This document shows positions 11,471 through 23,100 of a DNA stretch of 64,000 nucleotides, piece by piece. This DNA comes from Flectonema sp. DT1601. Its lineage: Eukaryota. The translations under genes and the position numbers were made by a program. Within the stretch, counting starts at the first letter, position 1. Each line of letters starts with the position of its first letter. Below the pieces are notes generated by a model. It saw nothing but the letters and a program-made list of their open reading frames with translations, searched no databases and was not told the origin of the DNA. The DNA lies in assembly GCA_964019425.1 (NCBI GenBank), contig OZ025784.1, positions 496,001 to 560,000 of the forward strand. The letters are read 5' to 3'.

Positions 11471-12762
11471 TGTGAGGTGCTGTGAGTTAGATTTGAGGTA
11501 AATAAATATTCATCACAAAAGTTTAATAAAGTGTTTAGATTGACACCCTCAACCATCTTCACATGTTCTGTACTCTACTACTGAAGTATGAGAAACTTAT
11601 AAATTAAAATACAAAAATGTGATAGCAATCAAGCAAGACTCAACACAATAAAATTACCAAATAAAATACTCAGTGAAAAGAGATGGAGATGAGGGGGGAT
11701 AACTCGATACTACTGGGACTATCAAGCTTAAAAAAAAAAGGAAATAACAATCTCGGACAATCTTGACTGTCGGCGGCAGCATAGTAATTGACCACCAAAT
11801 AAATAAATAATGCCACTGGAGGCCACGTGAAACTTTGAACATAAGGGGGAAAGGAGATGGGAGGACATTAATTTCTCGATAGCATTCACTACACGACTAC
11901 GTAAGGCTGCCGATTTTCATTGGTTAACTTGTTACAGGATTTGATAGAGTTATAGGGTTACTAGGGGAGGGGTAAATAAAAGAAAAATATGGAAGTAGCA
12001 AAACTTCGTATCGTGTTCATTTTATCACGTCGACATTATTATTGAATCTTCATCAACGATTCATAATAATGAGTAGGAGAGCTTATTTCCCTTCTTTTTG
12101 GCAGACAGATGAACTAAAAAAAAAGGGAAAAAAAAGACAACCAACTAGTTATTCAGCACAAATAACTATACCAAAAGTTTTTTTTTTTTTTTTTTAAATT
12201 TTTTGGGTTTTTTTTTGGTAAACAAAAAAAAAAAGTAAGAAAGGCTTTCAAAGCAAGAAAAACAGGATATCCATAACCAAACAGTAACTAAAATTTACTG
12301 AAAGATACCACCAACCCATCAAGGCTGATCGTACCTGACAAGAAAGTGACGCACCGAAGACAACACCTATGTATTAAATTAAAAAAAAAAAACAGGAACA
12401 ACACTCCTTACCACTTCCCAAGGTGGGACATTGAAAGTCGATTTTTCACAGTTCACACACTCGCTTGCGAGCAGCAAATATATGGCAATTCAGACTGAAA
12501 TGAGTCGTGGAGTGGGCTCGAACATGATCGGTCGAAAAACTATGCCAATTTTTCGAATAAAAGATATCGTGTTTTAGCGAAATCACACAATAGTATGGGG
12601 TGAAAAAAAAAAGTTCACAACGACTAATACCTCCGTGGTTGTATACCCAAACAAACCTTAAGTTATAAACAACCTACTCTACCGCTGAAAGTGAAATCAT
12701 AAAAAGCTTCCATAACCACTCAGCATGAGTAGATCAGACATTAAAAAAACGGTTTTTGTGTG

Positions 12763-12802
12763 TGTGCACGAAAAACTGTGAACCGACTTAAGACTGAGAA
12801 AG
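12763..12802. repeat. Short dispersed repeat family B, copy 2
   Basis: Shares blocks with 5793-5834. Confidence 0.55.
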
Positions 12803-13221
12803 GTACTTGTGTTAAAACCTTTGTTTTTCAGCTTAGATGTCTCCCAAAAAAAAGAAACAGTACATCGGTTTATGTAAACCCAAATGCACGAACTGAGCAG
12901 TTCAGAAGATAACTGAGAGCTGATTGAAACCTTGAAAGATGAAATATATTTTTATATCTACAAAAGAGTATTGTTGACTTGGTAGTCAACACACTTCTTT
13001 CTTTTTTTTGTTTTGTTTTTTTCTTTGTTATCCCCTACAAATACTTTTGTTTGAGACGAAGAACAGCATCCTGTTTTTCAGTAGAAAAAGTTAGGAAAAA
13101 AAAACAGGAATAAAAAATAAATAAACAGAAAACAAAACATAACAAAACAAAATAAGGGCGTATGAGAGTGAAAAGGCAAGGCAAGTCAAGACAAAACATT
13201 TCAGTTCAAGCGTTGCTGCAT

Positions 13222-15492
13222 TTAAGGTGCATCAGAAGTGTCCTCAGTTTTGTCTTTGTCTACTACTGGGGGCTGCTGTCTCTTCTTTTTACGGTAAACT
13301 ATTTGTTTTTTCTTTTTTTCAGAATTTATGTCCTGCCAAACTGGCCTCACTAGAGTGTTTGTTAGGGAATTAGGATATTCATTTATGACAACCGCCCTTA
13401 AAAGAACTTTCTTATCAGCTTTTTTTTGACTGAAATAGCGTTTTTGATAGTACGCGATATAAGGATCTATATCCCGTTTTGGAGTTGTTTTTAAATAAGC
13501 ATCCGCTTTCTTGATCTGCCCTTCTTTTATTAAACGACTCGCAATAACAACATCTAAGTCAGGGTGAACAGCGTAAACTTCTTCGTTAGGGTATAAAACA
13601 TCAACAAAAGGCATAGAAGGACTCGCAATTGCTTTATTACACAGTATCTGAAGATTATTATCAATACCAAAACTGAGCATATTTTGTACGATGAAAGGAA
13701 GAGAACCCGCATATGTATAAAATCGATAAGCCGTTCCACCAACAATTCCAAACGAAGCAAGACCCGTAGCGATCGCGCAGTTTATTTTTTCATAAGTTTG
13801 AGAAAACCCTCTCAATAAGTGATTGGCTATGAACAGAGATTCAGCAGGTCTGCTTCCCTTTAATACGGCAGTTGCTCTTGTTGAAGCAGCGTATGTGATT
13901 CTAGCTCTGACTTGTTTGCATACCTCAGTCATGCTATTTAAAAAATTATTTATAATAACTGCAGCTGATCTCCCTTCGGTTACAACAGTTTCATAACAAA
14001 TGTCAACAACTGTTATTCGACCCATTTGCATTCCTGTTGCTGTTGGTGTTGCTCTTGGTTTTCCCATCATAGCACAATCAGACATGTTGGCGGTTTCTGA
14101 AGAGCTACTATCTTGATCGCTTGAAGGAGTTCCCATATGCATTCCGTCAGTAGTTAATGGATTAAATTCAGTTGCTGGGTAATCTGACTGGTGTTCACCA
14201 TGATTATCACTACCTCTGTCTCTACAAGCTGCTTCTAGTGGTTTAAAATCTGGTAGGAATGCATTAAAATGTGAAACATAATCGGTTATGTGATGAAAAT
14301 GACTTTTCAAAGCTGGATTTATTGAGCATCGTTCAAGGGCAGCCTTTGCATCTCGAAGTTGTAATTTAGAAATTGAATCCAGAATAGCACGTGCCATTTC
14401 GACTTCCCTTCCAAGTTCAGCTCTTTCTTTCTTAGTAACAACATATGCAAAACAGATTAGCATCCATGTAATTGATATGGAGGTTCCTACGGCAATTCCA
14501 ACAATGACAGGAGCGCTTGTTTTGATTCGTTTTCGAAGACGAGGATGGACTCCTACGGCTAATCTCCAATGTCGCTGACCGACAAAAACATCTTTCCAAA
14601 TAGCATCCTTGGTAAGATCAGGAGTAGTCGCGTGGTTGTAATGAGTCCATGATGGGTTACTTGATGTGAATAGTAAATGATCAGCAGGATCTTCATCTGA
14701 ACCACTATCAAAAGCATGAACAACAACATCATTCTCTGTCGCATTAGCGATACTTGACAAGAACATATCACTTGCTTTGATTACACTGACTGTAAAACCT
14801 TTCACCATCGAGTTAACAATCATCGGAGTAAACCACGCAATCCCAAACTGTTCATCGGTCAGTCGTAACCTTGCTGATGCGGTTGCTTTACCTGACTTTA
14901 TCGCAGTTTCCATCGCATTTAAACGAACTAAACTAGACCCATAATCATATCCTTGTAAGTTGTAGTTTGGTGGATGCATAAAATGAGTTGGGTAATAGAT
15001 TGTGTTATTGCGTCTGCGTACCAGCTTAGCGTCAATGATTTCCGAAATCTCGAATTCCGGGTAAATAGTTCGCATTTGTGATTCGTACACATCTCTTTCA
15101 TAATGTCTTATCGCGGGAATATAATCAACCGTCTGGTAGTAGTCAGAAAAAAAAGCACCCGTCAAACCCTCAACATAATCAGCAAATATTTCACGCTTGG
15201 CTAGATAGCTGGATTGTTTAAAAATGAATTGACCTGCCAGAGTAGCTCCGTCTTTTTCCGCCATTCTCATTAGTAATTCAACGCTGCTTTGCATTGCGTC
15301 TGCGAGGTATTCTTGTTTTCTAGATAGTTGTCGATCTTCGTCACGGCTGATGATTAGTCCTGCACCTACTCCCAAACCAACTCCTACAAGGATACCAAAT
15401 GCCATCACAATATACATGACGTTGCTGTTTCCGACTTCATAATCTCGAAGGGGCTCTCTTAACTCTGTACTACTGCCCCCCGAGTTAATCAT
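13222..15492 (-). CDS. Two-TM receptor with extracellular CHASE domain and a degenerate class III nucleotidyl cyclase-like cytoplasmic domain
   Basis: TM1 (IVMAFGILVGVGLGVGAGL); CHASE motifs YYPTHFMHP..GYDYGSSLVRLNAMETAIKSGKATASARLRL and VGQRHWRL; TM2; cyclase-like CAIATGLASFGIVGGTAYRFYTYAG. Start taken at ATG 15492. Confidence 0.75.
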   Translation of the reverse strand: MINSGGSSTELREPLRDYEVGNSNVMYIVMAFGILVGVGLGVGAGLIISRDEDRQLSRKQEYLADAMQSSVELLMRMAEKDGATLAGQFIFKQSSYLAKREIFADYVEGLTGAFFSDYYQTVDYIPAIRHYERDVYESQMRTIYPEFEISEIIDAKLVRRRNNTIYYPTHFMHPPNYNLQGYDYGSSLVRLNAMETAIKSGKATASARLRLTDEQFGIAWFTPMIVNSMVKGFTVSVIKASDMFLSSIANATENDVVVHAFDSGSDEDPADHLLFTSSNPSWTHYNHATTPDLTKDAIWKDVFVGQRHWRLAVGVHPRLRKRIKTSAPVIVGIAVGTSISITWMLICFAYVVTKKERAELGREVEMARAILDSISKLQLRDAKAALERCSINPALKSHFHHITDYVSHFNAFLPDFKPLEAACRDRGSDNHGEHQSDYPATEFNPLTTDGMHMGTPSSDQDSSSSETANMSDCAMMGKPRATPTATGMQMGRITVVDICYETVVTEGRSAAVIINNFLNSMTEVCKQVRARITYAASTRATAVLKGSRPAESLFIANHLLRGFSQTYEKINCAIATGLASFGIVGGTAYRFYTYAGSLPFIVQNMLSFGIDNNLQILCNKAIASPSMPFVDVLYPNEEVYAVHPDLDVVIASRLIKEGQIKKADAYLKTTPKRDIDPYIAYYQKRYFSQKKADKKVLLRAVVINEYPNSLTNTLVRPVWQDINSEKKKKQIVYRKKKRQQPPVVDKDKTEDTSDAP

Positions 15493-16018
15493 TTTGTTAG
15501 TTTTCGTGTTGTGTTTTTTTTGATCCCCCGTCCTGGAGTTGTATATTAGTATCTTCACAGAATGACCAAAAAAAAAAAAAAAAAAAAAACACCTAATCCT
15601 TTTGCTTCATAATCATGTTTGTTGTTGTTATTTTTTTATTTTTTTTGTTCTGTTGAAATTCAATTAAACTTCTTATTTTGCGCTACTAAACTACTAAAAA
15701 ACAGAGCGCTATTAGATAAGCTCAAATAAAAATTTTTAAAAAAAAACCAGATAGAAATTACCAATAGCGGTACAAGATACAGAACTTTAAATACAGAGTT
15801 TAGAACTATTCAGATTATCTTTACGCGTTTATTTATTTATTTAATTCGACAACTCCTTACACTTGTATATCTTGGTAAGCTTATGGGGTATCAGTCGATC
15901 AATCGAGAAAGACTCCCCTCGGACGTGAAGGATTTGACAGAAGGGGGGAAATAGATAAAATGACATAGATAAGGAAATCTTAATCCGAAATAGTTTCTTC
16001 TCCGACTTTTGTCGGTGC

Positions 16019-16054
<36 letters not shown>

Positions 16055-16093
16055 AAAAATGAAAAATGAAAATCTATTGTGGGTTTTATTTTT

Positions 16094-16888
16094 TTAAGTT
16101 TTATGCTTTGTTGCGAAATGAATTAATTTTTCACACTGAGCCCTCAGACAAAGTCGGCACTTGCAAGTTTCGTTAGAGAGGGGCTTGAATAGTTCAGACT
16201 CTGCAATGGCTAACTGACTAGCAGCTGCTGTACGACGAGCGCATTCAACATAAATTGATTTTTTAATTACAGGACCTGGTGGTCGTCCAGGAGGAGGACC
16301 TGTTGGAGTTTGAGGTCCAATAAACTCCTCAACTTCTTCAATTTCTTCGAATTCCTCATCACCTTCAGACGTGTGTTGATCAGACTCAACTTCTGGTATT
16401 CCGCTAACCGCACTAATTGGTCGAAGTATTGGCGATGGAGGAAGTTTTTTAATTTCTATCACTTCCTCAGTTGCGACAACAGCACTAACCGGACGTGACA
16501 CCGGAGATGGGGGTAATCTCTTTTCAGTAACAGGCGTAGCTTGAGGTATAAACTTACTATCATTATCAACTTCACTTGAGTGTTGTGTTAATGAAGGAGG
16601 TGTTGGTGGATCTGCTTCCTTAGTAGAACTCGAAGTGCTGTTTGAAGCTGTTCCTTTTTTAGTTTCTTTCGTTGAATTGCTCGACTCCGATGACTGTTCT
16701 CGTCGTACCTCAATTTCCTCAACCGGAGGAGGTTGTTTATCCTTCCCGCTTTCTTTATTTTTTCGTATTTTGCTACTTAGCTTTCTAACCAATCTACCGA
16801 CAACACTTCCCTTTCGCTTCCCATCTTTCTTGCTGTTCCTACTCCGATCTGATGTGAAAGATGTTGTTGCGGAGACATCTCCGCTCAT
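16094..16888 (-). CDS. Hypothetical Ser/Pro/Glu-rich low-complexity protein with C-terminal CxCxxC
   Basis: 264-aa ATG ORF with an internal repeat (KRLPPSPVSRPVSAV / KKLPPSPILRPISAV). Confidence 0.7.
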   Translation of the reverse strand: MSGDVSATTSFTSDRSRNSKKDGKRKGSVVGRLVRKLSSKIRKNKESGKDKQPPPVEEIEVRREQSSESSNSTKETKKGTASNSTSSSTKEADPPTPPSLTQHSSEVDNDSKFIPQATPVTEKRLPPSPVSRPVSAVVATEEVIEIKKLPPSPILRPISAVSGIPEVESDQHTSEGDEEFEEIEEVEEFIGPQTPTGPPPGRPPGPVIKKSIYVECARRTAAASQLAIAESELFKPLSNETCKCRLCLRAQCEKLIHFATKHKT

Positions 16889-17266
16889 ATCCTGGCTGTG
16901 TTTTGAGTGAAAATTAAATAATAAGACTTCCTCTCTTTGTAATATTATTTTATTATAGCTTGCGTTTTTAAGACTTTGCTGAGATGATTATTTGTTATCA
17001 TATCTGAATATAGAAAAGAGAGGTCAAAAACATTCAGTCACTCGATAAAAGTAAAAAAAAGAGGGGAAAAATCCGAGCAAATTAACCAACGTGTAAATTA
17101 GTGTTTTAAAAAAAAAAAAAAAAAAAAAAAAGTAAAACATGGAAATGATTTCCCGTGGTCGGCTGTCTTTCTTTCTTTTCATACCATAGAAAAGAATTTT
17201 TTTTAAAAAAAAAATTTAAAAAAAGACGATCAAAAGGTAACAGAAGTTACAATTACCACTCTTCAC

Positions 17267-19745
17267 CTATTCGTTATTGATTGCTATTTCATCGGCTGGC
17301 AATCCATCGTTGTTTGCCAACAGCTCACTGATATAAGGAGGAGTAGGATCAGTGCATTTCGATGCCGCCAAATGCCGCTTCCAAAATTTTCGCAAACAAT
17401 CAGAATCCGATTGAGAGAATGGAATAGCTGTCGGAGGAACAGGTGTAATTAATGAAATGTTTTGTTGTTTTGCGACTGCTATCAAAGACATGTCAGTCAA
17501 GATAAGTTTTCCCTCACTCAAGAGCACCTTTAAAGTTGAATGCGAGTGACTGATCCCTACTAGTTTTGAAACCTGGTCCAACACTAATCCTTTATCAATA
17601 CTTTCAGTTGGAAATGGCATATGTAAAGAAAACTTAGAACTCATCGCAGGACCGAGTTCCTCTCTCCAAAACAGTTCTGCGCTTCTTCCGTTACTCATTA
17701 GTAAGCTTCGTAGTGAACTTCCATAAACTTTTAAGACGTTTTCAGGACCTTTTGATGATTCGGTTCTCATTTTTGAGGATATGATGGATTTGAAAGTCCT
17801 ACAAATCATTTCTACCTTTAAATAATGTTGTGTGACAGCTCTGTATCCCGTGAGTGAGCTGTATACTATTCCAAGGTATCTCATGTTCACTCCGTAAAAA
17901 TGAAATATTTCTTCTACGTCTGGAAACATACTGAATCCATTTATTGGTCGTATTTCACCTTTCTGATCACAATGACCAATAGAACAGTCGCCTTCTTCAT
18001 GGCAGAGTTGAACGTAACATTGCAGACAGACAAAGCAACATCCAGCAGTGCAACAACCGAATCTGGGTGTTAGTTCTGTTTCATCCAAGACATTGCAATC
18101 ACATTTCCTACACTTAATCTCAGTGGATGACCCAGACAGCTTCAACTGTTCAATATTAGTAAATATAACTTCTCTTGGAAATTCTAAATCTGAAAAAACC
18201 GATGCGACTCTCTGACACGCATGAGTTCGAAGAAATTGAATCGCCTGCAGAGTCGACAATTTTGAATCACTGTCAGGTGTCCCTGGACGACCAGCATTAA
18301 ATGCATCAGGAAGTAATTTAATACCAGTATGCTGATGAAAGGCAGCTACTAATTCTGGTCTTAAGAATTTATATAAAGACTTAAACCCACTTGGGTGTAA
18401 GTCAGACACAGTTGTTGATGGCAGAAGTCTTGAGAGTGACGTGAGGCAGACTCTACCATCACCACCTGCATGAATTTGAAAATCGATCGGAGGATCCTTA
18501 ATACCAATACAAGACATTAACATTTGAATAGCCTCTTGGTATGGTGGTGGTAGTGCCCCAGATCGACATTTTTTAGTAAATACTTTCCCTCCATCTATGC
18601 TACCACAAACAAGTGTTCCTGGTGTGATTGGTAACAACGCAGTACATAAAACAACAAACCCACCATACGATACGATAGTTTGTAATGGACAAGCAATTAA
18701 AGCAGAACGATACTTTCTTAACATTGCGCAATTTCTAACAGATGCCGATGCTGCTTTATGCGCCGCAGTCATACTTTTAAATACCCTTCCTTGACCGATT
18801 GTATCGCTGTGTGTGTTTTGTTGTTTTATTCATTATTTATGTATCAAAAAAAAAAAAAAAATAATTTGCATACCTTAGAAGCTCATATAGAGTACCATTG
18901 TGAATGAATAAAAGTTCACCACCAACTCCTCCAATCGGAGGGATGGTTTTGTGTAAAGACTTCGATGTGAACTCTGATATTATAGTGATGGATGCAGCCA
19001 TTGCAGATTTTTCGAACAGTTGGTGAAAAGAATACAATTTAGAATGCCATTTCTTGATAGCCACATCATCAGTATGCGACACTGGTTCCTCAAGTAAGGA
19101 TTGCCAATCAGAATTCCACGAGTACTTCCCTACAGATCCTCTTCTATAAACTGTTAGTTCACTATCAGCTGCTACCTGATTACATAACTCTGCCTGTAAT
19201 TGCAATCCATGCATAAACCCTTGACTAGGTTGTAATGAGATTGGTACGTTCAGCGATGTCGATGTCAGTGAACGACATCTGATTTGAATACTCTTTTGAG
19301 TATCTTCAGTATTACGCCAACATTCCATTATCTGTTCGTTGTTTGAATTGAAACGTCTGAGAACTGGTGGAGTGAATCCAACAGTGCCGTCGTTTAGTTT
19401 TATAGGAAGCCACTCAACACCAAAAGCATCATAAAGAGGAGATCCAATTTGTAAGCACATCGTTCCTTCATCAGCTGATGAGACAAGAGCACCTCCAGGG
19501 ATGTCAGAAATAGGAACCCCTTCAGAAACTGCCCCCCAAACGTTCTTCTCATCCACAGCTGGTTCTGAACTTGGATTTGAATTTCTTCTGCCGGTTGATA
19601 GGGCTCGTTGAAGTCTTTCATTTGCTTTTACTTTTGCTCCAGTTGGAATCTGATTTCCAGATCCGTCAGTTGGAATTATTGAAATCCTTCCTCTCGTACT
19701 ACTCCTCCGACTTCCTTTCCTTTCATCAGTTGGAGGTGAGACCAT
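17267..19745 (-). CDS. Clu (clueless)-domain protein with inserted Cys-rich zinc-binding segment; 2 exons (19745-18874, 18806-17267)
   Basis: WNSDWQSLL..FEKSA..IISE..GGVGG..HNG, AAHKAA, PLQTIVSYGGF, LRPELV, FHFYGVNMRYLG and EMICRTFK are Clu-type motifs. The 67-nt intron 18873-18807 restores the frame. Confidence 0.8.
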
Positions 19746-20179
19746 ATTACCGTCTGAAATAAGAATTGTATTTTAGGATTGCGAGATATTTCTTTTTGTT
19801 TGTTTCTGAGAACACCCCCAAGAAGTGATCTAACTGAGAAAAAACTGTTTAAAAAAAAAACTGTTAAATGAAACCTTAACCTAAGACACAGGGTAATAAC
19901 TAATTCTATAGTGGAACACTTCACTAAGAAAAAAAAAAACATTATTTTTTTTCCCATTCTACCGTAATTATCCTTGAGCTTTTGCTATTATGGCTCAGGA
20001 ATTTTTTTCTTTTTCTTCAAAAAAAAAAAAATAAAAAAATGAAAACCGAATTTTGGGTGTAGGACTATTACTGAATTCTATATAATGAAAAGAAAAAAAT
20101 TATTTTTAAAAAAAAAAAACGTATTCTAAAGTTAATGAATCTCTATCTCTAGTAGAGGTTCAGACATCGTTGTTACTAA

Positions 20180-23100
20180 TTATCGATTATCAGTCTGACT
20201 GGGTGATTGTGAATGGTGACTTTTAACTGATGAATGTCTCACAGAACTCAATGATCTCATTACAATATTCAAAATGCTCATAAATAACGTCTCTGCTGTT
20301 GGAGGATCCCACAACAGCGGATCAGAAGACCAAAGCTTACCAGCTGCTTGAATCTTTGTCACTGTATCATCGAGAGACCTCGCTGATGGTGAAATAACAG
20401 TTTGGCTGTCTTGTTGGTTTTGACGTGCTTCTTGAACATATTCCGATAGCTTAGTTAGAGTTGTTAGTTGTAAGTTAACAGACGCATGGTGTAGTGCGGT
20501 AACTGTTTGTAACTTTTCCGCCAATAGATTTGTTTTTGATTGCAGTTCGTCAGCTGTTTCTGATGAAGTTTGTTGAGAATGTTTATATTGACTTGTGACC
20601 TCAGAAACTTTTGTTTTCTGAATCTCAAGATCAGCACCCTTATCCTCCAGTAGTATTTTTAATTTTTCACTTTCTGCTCTTAAATTCTTAATTAATACTT
20701 CATCGTCTGCGATTTGCTGCTTTAATCGAAAGATGACCTCCTCCATTTCAACACTTTCCTTCGCAGCTTCCAGTGAAGATGCCCTTTCTTGAATGATAGA
20801 TACAGCTTCTTTGGTGTATTGTTCACCTGTTCGTCTCATCATTTCTAAACTGTTTTTTAAATCGGTTGCTTCATCGGATTTGTCTCGTAGTTGTTGTTTT
20901 AAGATGTCTTTTTCTGTTGTAAGTCTATGATTAGATTCAACTAAAGTAGAGAGTTCTGTCGACGATGACATGTGTTTTTCAGTGAGTGCCGCATGATTAA
21001 TTTCCAGCGACGACAATCTGTTTTTAGTATCGCGAAGAACTCTGAGATCATCAGTTAAGTTTTGATTTTTTGATTTTAAAGAAAGTAATTCTCTTTCTGT
21101 CTCTGAGAGTTGTCTCTGCAAAGTTTTCATCTGGAGAGTTAGAGTTGAAACACGCTCTTCGGATAATTTTAAATTACCATCTAGGCTTTCTCTATCAGTC
21201 GCAAGCCTCTTATTCTCAGAATCTAAATTATCGTATCGAGTCCTGAATGTTAATCGCTCTCTGTTTGCTTCTTGAACAGCTGCATTCAGTGTTAATTGCT
21301 CATCGTATGCAGTGCTTGATATGGATTGTAGTTTTTCAGTTAGGGATTGTTTTTCAACTATTAAATCGTGGACTTCAATCTCAAGTTTTTGATTCTGCTG
21401 TGATGATGATTTGAGCTGATCTGTAGCTTCAGTTAACCTCCTCATTGATTCTTCGCGTCCTACTTTGTACTCAGCACTCGCTATACGAGTGTTAGTCATT
21501 TCAGCGTTTAAATCATTGCCTCTTGTCTGCTGTGCATCCAGTTGTTTTTCTAGTATTTTGCATCTCTCAGTGGCAAGACTGAGTTCAGATTTTAGTTTTT
21601 CAACTTTTTTCTCAAGTGGTTGTATGACAGTGGTGTGTTCATTTCTTCTTTCTTGCATGATATCATCCATCGTGTCTTTAAGGTTTTGGTAGTCTGACTG
21701 CATCTGTTCTATTCCAGCTTGAGCAGTAAATAACTGTTCTTGTAGGAGTTTGTTTCTTTTTTTAACTTCTTCAAGTTCCGAATGACGTTGAGAGTCAAGT
21801 ATATCGTGTTTTGTAGATTCTTTTTTGTGTTGCAATTCTACTTCTCTCAAATCCGCTTCAACTTCGTTACGTTTATTGTTTGCTGTAGTGGTTGCTTCTG
21901 TCTGTTGTTGCAAACCTTTTAAGAGTTCAGTGGCTTCAGTTTCTTTATGTTGTAGTTTGTGTTTTAGTACTGAGAGTTCCTCTCGTAAGTCCTGCGTAAT
22001 TCTGTTATTCTGCTCTTGTGTTGTTCGATCGTTTGCGTGTTGGTTTTCTGAAGTGACTAGCTGTTGTTGATTACGCCTTGCTTGTTCTTTTGATTGTTGA
22101 TAGTGTTCTGTGATGCTTTTGTGTTGTTCAGAAAGTCTGATGTTGTCTGTTTTTAATGTTCCTATTTCAGTCTCTAGCATCTCTCTTCTTCTTTCTGTTA
22201 AATCTAATGTCGATTTTAGTGTTTCAATCTCGTGGTGAAGTTTACTGGAAGTTAGTTCTAGTTCTTGACTTTTTGATAATTTTATCAATTCTATCTCTCG
22301 ATGGTACTTCGATGATTCCTTCTCGTAGTCAATTCTGTATCTTTCAGAACTCTTTATGGCTTCAGCGTGACTTTCACGAAGACGGAGTAGCTCGTTGTTT
22401 TTTGCATCAACGTCCTTTTCAAGAACTCGTAAGGTTGCTTCTCGAGAAGCGTACTCAGCATCGGTGACAATAGATGTTTGTTTTGATTCAAAATTTGATA
22501 GTTTCCCACGTAGTTGATAGACTTCTCTTTCTTTTTCTAAACTTGAGCTTTCAATTCGATGGATTGTTTGTTTTAGTTCAGAAACTTTTCGTTCTTCTTC
22601 GATTTTTAATTCCATCGCAGTAGTTTTTTCCGTCGTTAAAATTTCAACTCTCGGTCTCAACGTCGTTATAATTTGTTGTAAGTCATCAACTTTACTGGTT
22701 AGCACTTCTCGATCTCTTGTTAACGTCTCTGTTTTGTATTTTAGTGCTGTTTCACTGCTTGAAATTTGTTCAAGTAGACGAGAACGTTCACCGTAACGAT
22801 CGTCAACAGTTTCTTTTAACTGCTGTTGTAGTTGATTTACGGTGTTTGTTTGATCTGAAACCGTGTCTTGAAGTTGTAGAATTTTCCTATCCTTTTCTAT
22901 GATATCGTTCTCGGTTCGTCGGATGTTCTGTTTCAAGGCATCGACTTCTCCAGCAGTGTCGTTATTTATTCTAATCTTCTGATTGATTGTATTATTTTCT
23001 ACCATGAGTCGGCTATTATCAGCCTGACATGTTTCATGTTGTGCTAATAATTGTGAATTCGTTTTTTGCAATGCTGAAGTAGCATCTGCTGCAGATGTTA

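Noticed and set aside
12495..12530. tRNA gene (B-box-like GTTCGAGCCC on minus strand)
   Set aside because: No cloverleaf or A-box could be built.
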